The notes beneath the pieces were generated by a model. That model was given only the letters and a program-made list of their open reading frames with translations. It was not told where the DNA came from and did no database searches. A stretch of DNA of 64,000 nucleotides from Octopus sinensis. Lineage: Eukaryota. A program made the position numbers and the translations under genes. The stretch lies in contig NC_043021.1 of the NCBI RefSeq assembly GCF_006345805.1, positions 28,334,001 through 28,398,000 of the forward strand, in the 5' to 3' direction. This document shows, piece by piece, positions 53,556-64,000 of this stretch (the stretch's first letter is position 1; every line of letters begins with the position of its first letter).

Positions 53556-54289
53556 ATATATATACATACATATATATATATATATATGCTTGCACATATA
53601 TATCTGCATACATATGTATATATATGCATGTATATATGCATTTCTGCATGTGTGTGTGTATTTTATATCAATATGCGTAAACGTGTGCAATATGTTAACA
53701 AACGTTCATTGTTTTCCTGTGAGTGCATTAAACACATGTATGTAAACGCTTTTATAAATTCACATATTGCCGATAAATATTCAGGTACGTATAATCAAAT
53801 AGATACATCTTATACGCATATGCATTATGAACCTCACCCATGATTGTTGCACTAAAGTAAATGCGTGTGCTTGCGTATAGTTCATTGTACGTTAGAGTAA
53901 TATTAACATATATCGATTTGATGAATTGGTGCTGAGCCATACATTTCGTTTGAGAGCCAGAGTCGATTAAATTGACACAAACATGTGATCAATAGATCTT
54001 TCATTGGCCCCCAGAGGATAAACGACAACGTCAATCGCCGATGTAATTTGAACGCCTAACACAAATAACCGTGACAGAGCAAATCATTTTACCAACGCTT
54101 CAGTGATTCTGCGCGTAAGTAAAACCCTTAAAACGAGGGGACAAATAACCTGCCTTCTTACCTACAATGCCTTAATGCTAATAATAATAGATAGTATATA
54201 AATTCTTAGGAGAAAAAATTTGTCGTGAAAGTAATAACTGTTTCAGTAACTGTGTTTCAGTATCTCAATTAACGACTTAGATAAACTGA

Positions 54290-55260
54290 TATGCGAAAAC
54301 TGCTGGAAGAGAAAGATGGGTCTGAGCATTGCGTAGATTGATTATCAGTAGGCAATTGCAAGATAATTAGTCATCTCTTATACGTGGATGATCTCATGAT
54401 ATAAACGGCAAGTGATAAAAAAGTAGAAACCTTCCTGCAGATAGTACACGGATTCACCCAAAAAATAAATATTAGTTTGGAGAAATGCGCCCAAGCAACT
54501 TTGAAGGAAGAAAAATTGATTAGATATTATGCTAGATACAGAAATGCAGATACGATAATTAGCTCCAACATATACATGTAAAAGAGACATACTTAGGTAT
54601 TAATGTACTAGAGTGTGTCAAAGAGGCAGAAATGAAAGAAACACATTGGAAAGGACTATTGTTGATCCATTACCTGAATATCTAAAACGGCTAAATGCAA
54701 AAAAATAAGAAAATAAAAGATGATAACAGGCACCAGTAATTTAGCTGCCGTAATAATAGGTTGTTGTAATATTCTACACGAGCTAGCAAAACGGAAGAAA
54801 AACTGGAAGACTAATCACTATATTTAGAATAATCCTACGCGAAAGATTATGTTTACAACTTGAACAGGTTGACAGAAGACTTATGCAGTTAGAAAACTAT
54901 GATAGATTATCCTTTGAAGCCTGCATATACTATTCAATAAAGAATAGCTTACAATTAGTAGAAATAACTACAAAATGCAATTAAAATCCTTTTTAGTTCT
55001 GCCGGGAAGCCAAAAATGCAAAACAAAAGGTGAAATGAGAGATACACGTGGAAAACAAAAAAGAAAAAGGAGATAATACCAGAAGTTCGGACAATTCTAA
55101 CTTTTAATCTACAAATTGGGGAACTGAATTCTATAATGAAACTACGGGGGAAAATACCTAATATGTCAAGTAGCTGAAGAAAAATGACTGAGTGGAAACA
55201 GACAATTGGTCTTCGTTAGACGGGTGATAAATGGCGAGAATCAATGCTGGAACGAGATGT
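54290..55260 (+). pseudogene. Heavily decayed RT of an R4/Dong-like RLE retrotransposon
   Basis: ISHLLYVDDL (about 54367-54396), LEKCAQATLK, decayed YLG, RRLMQLE in the order expected for R4-clade RT. Confidence 0.65.
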
Positions 55261-55325
55261 TACTCATATTCTTGGAGCACAGGAGAGTTGTCAGTAGTGG
55301 AATGAAAGCTTGAAATAAAGGTAAA

Positions 55326-55363
<38 letters not shown>

Positions 55364-55455
55364 CGCTAAGCATTTTGTCCGGCATGCTAACAATTCTGCC
55401 TGCTCTCCGCCTTAACAAAAACAACAACAACAACAACAACAACAACAATAATAAC

Positions 55456-55500
<45 letters not shown>

Positions 55501-55502
<2 letters not shown>

Positions 55503-55725
55503 GACAAGGGGATGTCTGAAGAATCTAAGCAACATCTCAGGAGAACCATGTCTCAGAGAAAAGAAACTGTTCTGACAAGTACTGGCCACATCCTTAGAAA
55601 ATCCCTGCCTCGTCCCTTCCCAAGCCTTCAGTTATACTGTAAGATTACTTATCCTTCACTTGCCCTTGGGTGCTGGATGTGTCTCGGCAAGTGACTGCAA
55701 CAAACATGCAGATTAAAAGTAACAA
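55501..55725 (+). mobile_element. Short 3' fragment of an R4/Dong-like element between trinucleotide tracts
   Basis: ISGEPCLRE..ETVLTSTGHILRKSL is homologous to IPGNRKMAEIQKIVLMGTAHILRKIL at about 58982-59060; preceded by (AAT)n. Confidence 0.65.
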
Positions 55726-55766
55726 TAGCAACAGCAACAACAACAATAATAATGATGATGATGAAA

Positions 55767-55811
<45 letters not shown>

Positions 55812-56450
55812 GTGATGATGATAACATCATTTTTTTCCTGTTCAGAATACCCATCAATGGTTTTCAATCCCACACAAGTAATAACTCGGCTTTTTGCCCA
55901 GCGCTTACACATTTACTTACTTTTCTGTCTGGCCATGGAGTACAACTCCGTGATTGACGGATGAATGCATCAGTACATCTGTATACACGCATAGTAATCC
56001 CCAGAACATGTTGCTGCGGGTCACTATTGCGCTTACTATATATGCGTTACAGCGCTTCAAATATGACGCTAAGCAAGTGTCAACGTCTGTACCAAAATAT
56101 TTGCTCATCACTATTATATTTCCTTTTGTGCTGCGACGCTAATCCGTGACAAGATGTGTGGAACACCACCTCGACGTGTTTCCTCTCCACATCCACGGCT
56201 TAGACACAGGCATGTATTTCCATAGAACCTCTTCCGATGGCTAGAACACATATCCTGCTACAATATTCAGAGACCCTTCAAATTCCTCTTTCTGGAATAT
56301 ATGGGAGAAGTTCACCTTTAAGATGATAAAACAGTGATATGTGACGTTCATCCTCGCCTTTCGCTGGGAAAATTCCTGGGGGTAATAATGGGCTCTTTGT
56401 TATATCTCATCAGCGCTTTTCCTCTTTCTGCATTTCATAGACATTTATCT

Positions 56451-56665
56451 ATTTCTTTACTACCCACAAGGGGACAAACGGATTACTACCCACAGAGGAC
56501 AAACGGATTAAGTCGATTGTAACTGGTACTTAATTTATCGACCCCCGAAAGGATGAAAGGCAAAGTCGACCCCGGGGGAATTTGAACTCAGAACGTAGCG
56601 GCAGACGAAATACGGCTACGCATTTCGCCCCCCGACGTGCTAACGATTCTGCCAGCGCGCCGCCC
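56451..56665 (-). mobile_element. SINE family B (variant tail shared with 3332-3541)
   Basis: atttctttactacccacaagggg..cggattaagtcgatt..ggatgaaaggcaaagtcgacc..ttgaactcagaacgtagcggcagacgaaatac. Confidence 0.85.
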
Positions 56666-57144
56666 TGTCCATAGATATTTATCAATCATTTTTGGCAATG
56701 GTATTGAAAATTTACTTGCTACTTTTGTAGCTGCTGGATTTGCCTACTGCTGCTGTTGTTGTTGTTGTTGCTGGAGGTGATTGTGGTGGTGGTGATTTGG
56801 CTATTCTCATTTTAATTTGCATTTTCCCCGCATTTTTCTGTTGCCCTTGAAAAGTTATAACAACGTGTATCACTCACTGTTGTCCTATTTATTAATCCTC
56901 ATTCATCTTTCTGCTTGTCCCCAGTGTTTTCGTTTCTTCTATCTTTAGGTTTATTAGCTCCTTCCACTGCCTTACAGAACTGGCGATGTTAATAAACAAA
57001 GCAAAATGTTTATTTTTCAGAAATGCATGCAAAGGAGTAAAGTATCGCTGGAAAACCTTTTCGCTGTACTGGCATTGAGTTAGACGTTCAAATATGCCAA
57101 ATTTATTGAGGACGGGAGGATAAAGACATTTCTTTTATATTTGA

Positions 57145-57420
57145 TCTTTATTTTACTCGTTTTAGTCATTAATCTGCATCCATGCTGGGGTACTACCATA
57201 AATAATTGTTAGTCGAATGATTCGACCCCAGTACTTCCTCTCTTTAAAAGCTTGGTACTTATTCTTTCGATATGCCTTGCCAAACCGCTATGTTACGGGA
57301 GTGTAAAGGTACCAACACCGGTTTTTAAGCGGGACAAACACAGACACAAAGAAACACACACACAACACACACACACACACACACAAGCACATACACAAAC
57401 ACACACACACATATGCATAT
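57145..57420 (-). mobile_element. SINE family A diverged 3' half
   Basis: ttttactcgttttagtcatt..ccatgctgggg..tcgaccccagtactt..tgccaaaccgcta..ggacaaacacagacac. Confidence 0.7.
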
Positions 57421-57464
57421 ATTTAATTAATGGGAGACACGCAATATGGAGGATACGAGAATCT

Positions 57465-58212
57465 GTATTGATTACTACAATTGTTTCGATCTATCTAGCA
57501 TCCATCCCTCGGCTGGTGGTATTCTGAACATCTGGTTTAGGTGTGTCCCGCGGTGTAGATGTGTCTCCTCGAGTGATTTCAGTAAGTATCACGTTAAAAT
57601 AAACTCTGTTTCGCAAGATTTTTCTTAGTCTTCGTATATGGAAGTGATAAATTAAGCTATACAGCTTCATTTTTATAGAAGATCCATTACAAATAGTGGA
57701 TACAAAAAACAAAAAACAAATAAGCAATACAGCGAACAAAGTATTAGATATAAGCGTTAGTAGATATGGCTGTAGAAACGCCCACACATATGTGGTCTGA
57801 CGCACATACACTCGCTCGTAGAAAAAGCACACGGTCATACAAGCAGATATACACGCGTGGTTTGGCGCATCGTTTGGCGCACACGCTTGCACACAGAATT
57901 AAGTAGATATTGATAAAGTCAATGCCTCTTACTGGCTAGCGATACGACTCCGGTTGGTGAAGAGTCACAGATTTTGTATCTGATATTTGTTATATATATT
58001 CTATAAGCATGCAGCTGTACACCTTAATTTGTCATTTCAATATAGGGAGACCAAGAAGAAATCTTGCGAAACAGAGTTTATTTTAAAGAGATACCTATTG
58101 AAATTACTTGAGAAGACACGACTACACCAAAAGATGCATTTAAACTAGACATTCAAAATCTCACCCGCGAGGAATCATTGCTAGAGTGTATATCGTTTAT
58201 TAATCAAATACC
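57465..58212. repeat. Diverged about 210-bp inverted repeat (57465-57680 / 58000-58212)
   Basis: ttaaaataaactctgtttcgcaagattt vs aaatcttgcgaaacagagtttattttaa, with similarity extending on both sides. Confidence 0.75.
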
Positions 58213-58271
58213 CAACGGACACTGAGGCAGTGAACGTGATTTACCAGAGAAATACCGGCTTTATACCATAC

Positions 58272-58272
<1 letters not shown>

Positions 58273-58302
<30 letters not shown>

Positions 58303-58722
58303 TGATGATGATGATGATGATGATAATAATGATGATGATGATAATAATGATAATAATAATAATAATGATGATGATGATAATAATGATAATAATAATGATG
58401 ATGATGATGATGATGATGATGATGGTGATGGTGGTGGTGGTGGTGGTGGTGGTGGTGGTGGTGGTTGTGGTGGTGGTGGCGATGATGATGATGATGATGG
58501 TGATGGTGATGGTGGTGGTGATGGTGGTGGTGGTGATGGTGGTGGTGATGGTGGTGGTGATGGTGGTGGTGGTGATGGTGGTGGTGGTGTGGTGGTGGTG
58601 GTGGTGGTGGTGGTGGTGGTGATGATGATGATGATGATGGTGATGGTGATGGTGGTGGTGATGGTGGTGGTGGTGGTTGTGGTGGTGGTGGTGGTGGCGA
58701 TGATGATGATGATGATGATGAT
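58273..58722. repeat. Compound (ATA)n/(ATG)n/(GTG)n microsatellite
   Basis: Directly visible. Confidence 0.95.
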
Positions 58723-59267
58723 AATTCAAACTGACAGAAAGATAGATGCAAATAGGCCAGACATCATATTGAAAGACTTCAAACAAAGAACATGCCTCCT
58801 CATTGATATGACTGTCCCAATCGATATAAACGTATCTGTCAAGACCTACCAGAAACTGGGCAAATATAAAGATCTTGAAATAGAAATCAGCAAAATGTGG
58901 AACCTGAAGACTAAAACAATACCAGTTGTCATAGGTGCCCTGGGAATGATAGCAAAAGGGGCTGATTGCTACCTAACTCAGATACCAGGAAACCGAAAAA
59001 TGGCAGAAATTCAAAAGATAGTGCTCATGGGAACTGCTCATATCCTACGCAAAATACTTTCTATGTAATCTCAAGTTTTAAAACAAACATAAATTTGTTT
59101 TTTTTTTTACATTCCCTAGTACAACACTAAATACAAAACCAAATATATGGCACACTAAGCATAACAACATCACGAACTTCCAACCTGTTGTCTCTTGAGG
59201 TCTCTGGGTAAGACATGGAGCCAACTTGTACAGATATAAAGCAAAAGTCAAACATAGAATAATAATG

Positions 59268-59340
<73 letters not shown>
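58723..59340 (+). mobile_element. 5'-truncated R4/Dong-like non-LTR retrotransposon: RLE domain, 3' UTR and (AAT)n tail
   Basis: Open IQTDRKIDANRPDIIL..CLLIDMTVP..KLGKYKDL..IPVVIGALG..IQKIVLMGTAHILRKILSM* (PD..D RLE) to 59068; (AAT)n from about 59258. Confidence 0.9.
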
Positions 59341-59745
59341 CAGGAGTGGCTGTGTGGTAAGTAGCTTGCTAACCAACCACATGGTTCTGGGTTCAGTCCC
59401 ACTGCGTGGCACCTTGGGCAAGTGTCTTCTGCTATAGCCCCGCGCCGACCAATGCCTTGTGAGTGGATTTGGTAGACGGAAACTGAAAGAAGCCTGTCGT
59501 ATATATGTATATATATGTGTGTGTGTGTATGTGTTTGTGTGTCTGTGTTTGTCCCCCTAGAATTGCTTGACAACCGATGCTGGTGTGTTTACGTACCCGT
59601 CACTTAGCGGTTCGGCAAAAGAGACCGATAGAATAAGTACTGGGCTTACAAAGAATAAGTCCCGGGGTCGATTTGCTCGACTAAAGGCAGTGCTCCAGCA
59701 TGGCCGCAGTCAAATGACTGAAACAAGTAAAAGAGTAAAAGAGTA
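59341..59745 (+). mobile_element. SINE family A, near full length
   Basis: caggagtggctgtgtggtaagtagcttgctaaccaaccac...gactgaaacaagtaaaagagtaaaagagta, inside (AAT)n. Confidence 0.9.
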
Positions 59746-59781
59746 AATAATAATAATAATAATGATAATAATAATAATAAT

Positions 59782-59839
<58 letters not shown>

Positions 59840-60330
59840 TCATGTACATTGTTTTGTCTTGGTATAAAAGATGGGCTACAGCAAATATTCTGCTCAATAC
59901 CACAGATTTGCTTGCCAGTTGTTTGACCTTAACCAGTTGACCATGTCCCTTAGTGGCTGACGATATGTGCGTCTCTGATCACGAGCAGAAGTAGTGGGGG
60001 AGCATCATAGCCATGTGTTGAGAGGGATTCTTTGGGGTTTGAATAGTTCACCTCTGGAAACATGGGTGGTTCTTTCAACTTCCTTAAACAACCCTTATTC
60101 AGGGACCGTTTGAGCGGGATGGGCTACTCAACCTGAAGAAAATTCAAACTGGGCCCCACCTGCAAGGTCATGTGCTGTTTATCTTGGTATAAGATCACCA
60201 TGTCGCGCACATATGGTTGTGATGCATGTGCCTGGTGTACCCTTCTCAGACGGGTAGTCATGATGGGTATATTGGGCTTCGTATATTTTACCCCAGTATC
60301 ACTTTGATGGCATGAACTGCTCTCTCACTC
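59840..60330 (-). mobile_element. About 490-bp non-coding element bounded by (AAT)n/(ATT)n tracts, possibly an R4/Dong-associated non-autonomous element
   Basis: GC-balanced unique segment with sharp trinucleotide-repeat boundaries; minus strand begins (att)n-gagtgagagagcag. Confidence 0.45.
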
Positions 60331-60361
60331 AATAATAATAATAATAATATATATATATATA

Positions 60362-60615
60362 TGAAGACGCATGGCTCAGTGGTTTTAGCCGTCGAGGTTA
60401 CGACCGTGAGGTTGTGAGTTCGATTCCCGGACCGGGCTGCGTGTTGTGTTCTTGAGCAACACACTTTACTTCGCGTTGCTCCAGTTAACTCAGCTGTAGA
60501 AATGAGTTGCGACATCACTGATGCCAAACTGTATCGGCCTCATTGCCTTTTCCTTGGATAACATCAGTGGTGTGGAGAGGGGAGGCTAGTATGCATAGGC
60601 AACTGCTGGGCTTCC
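60362..60615 (+). mobile_element. tRNA-derived SINE family D (V-domain-like core)
   Basis: tggctcagtggtt (A box), gagttcgattccc (B box), cttgagcaacacactttact..tgctccagttaactcagctgtagaaatgagt. Confidence 0.8.
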
Positions 60616-60915
60616 ACAATTTTATGAACATGTCAACTTATTTATTTATTAAACTGATAATTATTATAACATACATTCATATAGCATATTATTCATTACA
60701 TATAAGATATACATATAGTAATATATAAATATACCAGTAATTATTATAAAAAAACCTGAATGTAAATTGGTAAAATAACTTACAGCTGTTTCAGCCAATA
60801 GATTAAAACACCTCATTCTACCTATATTACTCAGGTGGATTGATGTAATAGGTTGATGAACATGAGGCACTTGTATATATCTCTAGGCTTCACACACACA
60901 CACACACACACACAC

Positions 60916-60962
<47 letters not shown>

Positions 60963-63154
60963 TATATATATATATATGTATATATATATGTATATATATA
61001 TATATATATATATTTATAATGATATATATATATATAAGATGGATACGTAGAGGAGAATACATAATGATTGACAATAGAAAAGGGAGTGAGAAGTAGGAGT
61101 AATAATAATGGTACAGGTACAGAGTGGAAGGATTAGAGAAAAAGAGGGAGAGAGGGGGGAGTCAGATGATGCGTAGATCCGCAAGTTGCACATGAGTGAA
61201 GGAAGAAAGAGTAAAAATACTTGGAGGTATATGTTGGGTGAGGAGGAAAGATGATTCTTTCTCCGCATCAGACTCCATACTTAGGAGTAAATCTTGGCAA
61301 TGCTGTTTCAACTCATAGTTGAAACCACATCACTTTCAAAGCGCGCCCATCTACAAGGCATCGTGCATTCACAGCACAACGTCAACGACCCCGTAGGGCA
61401 GAACATTAGGTGGAGGACATTTATGCTTTCTGAAATAAGGAAAATAAACAAATGCAACAAAGTGAAGCAAACGATTTTATTGAACAGTTTATTTATTCCC
61501 ATATAAGGAAATGTAATTTATATTTCAAGTTTCTATCGGTTTATTTGATCTATGTGTACATACGTACGTTGTGTCTGAGTCCGCACGCTTGTATGAGTGT
61601 GTGTGCGTGTGTGCGTTTTATTTTATGTGAATACACGTTTGAACAAGTATATTTTTCAAAGGTCGCATGTATTCAAAACAAGCATAAACATATAGTTACA
61701 TATATATACAAATACGAACGTTAATGCATTCGCACTCATATGCATACACAAACACACGTACAAACATGCTTTTGCATACATACATATGTATATGTGTATG
61801 TGTATATATATATATATATATAATATATATATATATATATACACATACTCACACATTCAATAAAATCCACAAAATACCTCATGAAATACAGCCACCTAGC
61901 GCTTCCTGGCCAAAATATCAATTTATTTTCCCACCTGTCAAGCTATTAATAACACGATGCTTTAGTAATATCCTGGTTACTAAACCGTCTTGTTGTTTTT
62001 AACAGCTTGATACAAGGCTAATTCGATTACTATTTCGGTTAGGAAGCCCTGAGTGTTCGCATTTCACAAGGTTTTGATTATAACGATATCATTATTCTCT
62101 TAACTGATCGTGTGCTCTAATACTTGGGGAAAATCATACCACACAATCACACTTGCGCCTACGTACATACATACATACATACATACATACATACATACAT
62201 ACATACATACAAACATACGTGTGTCCATCCGTACGTATGGTATTCAGCGCATTTGTGGGAGTTACATATCTATTTTGAAATGCCAGTTTGTTTAAGCTCC
62301 ACCTGGCTTAACGTTTCGTAAATGCGTACGACACGTCCATCTCGTCTGACCAAACTTGAGCCTTGCGAAGCTGACTAAAACTAATAACGTATATATCGTT
62401 TCCTTTTAAACAATTCTTCACGTTGTAGCTCCTTGCGTTTATGTTTTCTCAATGCCCCCCCCCCCTTGTGATCCAATGTGGAATCCCTATAAGTAGTCTG
62501 GAAACATACTTGAAATAAATTTCAAATCTCTTCTCCATGACACCTCTCACACCTTTAAAAGAAGGACATAAAGTATCTCTGAAAAGACAGGATGATCGTG
62601 GATGAAATTCTTTCATTATAATTTTGCCCTTTCCTGAGCTGACCAGGGGTTCAACGACAAACTTCTTTCTTTAATGAGCCAATGGAAATGGATTTCATGT
62701 ACGTTGTTGTTGCTGTTTTCTTCATTCACAATATACAGCTGAGAAAACAGAGCTACAATTAAAACATTTCAAACGTGACCATGCAATGTTTTACCTTTAT
62801 ACAATAATCTCAGGAATACGTTTTCCAAGTCTTCTTCTCTAAGACTGATGAAGTTATGATCTGAGGTATAACTGGTTTCTGTTTCTTGTTGCTCAAGCGA
62901 CCATGTAGTTTTTTACTTCATGAGCAAGGCCTACGTGATTACATCATTGTGGTCGCTCTTAATGCTATACATACATACATACATGCATGCATACATACAT
63001 ACATACATACATACATACATTCATTCATTCATACATACATATGCTCGAAATGAGGAGTAGATAGACAGCCGGCAACTGATGAAGGGTCCTTCCTCTGTGG
63101 TTACTTATCCTGTTTTCCATTTTCTTCTCTCGTTGTTTACGTATATATTATATT

Positions 63155-63602
63155 GTCAAACAAGTGTGGCGTCCCACACGGGACAGTGCTACTGACGTTT
63201 ATAGCCCCAGGAAGAGGTCTCTTCCAGCTGGCTAACGACACATATTCTGTGTCCGATTAGTATTTGCGAGGAGAGGTCATCGCTCCCATCCTAAGCTTTA
63301 CGTGATACACACGGACTCGAGTTTCTGGTTGGTTACCCGTCCTCAGCATGTGTTAATCACCAGCTAGTAATGAAAACTCACCCCACTCGCAAAATACTAT
63401 ATGCTTTTTCCAGCGACGAACCATCGCTGATCTCGAAAAAGGAGAAATAAGCTATATTAAATCTCTGAGAGTGATGTAAACAGTAGCAATACGAAATCGT
63501 GACAAGCAAATGCCAACCAAGTGTGGCGTCCTATACAGTGCCACTGACGTTTATAGCCAGCTGGAAGACATCTCTTCTAGCTGGCAAACGACACACATTC
63601 TT
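63155..63602. repeat. About 90-bp diverged direct repeat (63160-63250 / 63518-63602)
   Basis: caagtgtggcgtcc..acagtgc.actgacgtttatagcc..ggaaga..tctcttc.agctggc.aacgacaca.attct occurs twice. Confidence 0.8.
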
Positions 63603-64000
63603 AACAAAATAACCAGAGGTTTACCGCATGGATAAATCAAGGACACGACAGAAAGAAAACAACAAGCGGAAATCTAACAAAACTTAGCATGCAGAAAAAT
63701 TCACGATAATATAACGAACGGTAAACAGGATAAAAACAATATACATGGATCTTCAGTCAGTGTCCGGAAAGTCCTTGCAGTTCCGCACATTTTTATCACT
63801 GAGACTGCTCGAATCCGGCAAGTGCCGGAAACTTAAGCTAAAAGCATTAAGCCTCTGGAAAAAAGCGAATTATTGAGTACAAGAACGGAAAAGAAAAGAA
63901 AGAAAGTTAGAATTCTACCCTTACAACAGATAAACGCCTTTCGGCTATACAAGAGAAGGAAAAAATTGTGCATTTACAAATGCAAATGAAAAATATAACA

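Noticed and set aside
55752-55964. Met-rich ORFs (also 1001-1204, 58230-58622) as reflectins
   Set aside because: (ATG)n repeats; the reflectin M/FD(X)5MD(X)5MD motif and Tyr/Arg richness are absent.

Overview
AT-rich, repeat-dominated animal DNA. It is most likely an intronic or intergenic stretch of an Octopus/cephalopod genome, judged from my recognition of the SINE families and the dense (TA)n, (TATG)n, (GATA)n and (AAT)n microsatellites. No host protein-coding gene can be supported, and nearly all ORFs in the supplied track are microsatellite or SINE artefacts. There is one 100-N assembly gap (8428-8527). Supported content: at least four tRNA-headed SINE families (about 30 copies or fragments); a nearly intact CR1-group LINE ORF2 (APE+RT, 36134-39180, minus) whose 3' stem-loop is shared with the commonest SINE; a decayed Neptune-type Penelope-like element (RT+GIY-YIG, 13250-16405); about a dozen hammerhead-ribozyme (HHR) motifs in Penelope-type terminal repeats, often as head-to-head palindromes; R4/Dong-like and CRE-like fragments; and two non-autonomous Helitrons. 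The most interesting observation is two highly diverged ORF1-only (RRM-like + CCHC knuckle, Tx1/L1-type) retroelements at 24812-26814 (+) and about 30442-32195 (-). Both sit at the same position, in the same orientation and with an about 16-bp TSD, between the A and B boxes of SINE family A. This suggests a SINE-targeting, HAL1-like retrotransposon system. Coordinates of degenerate repeats are approximate and were read by eye.
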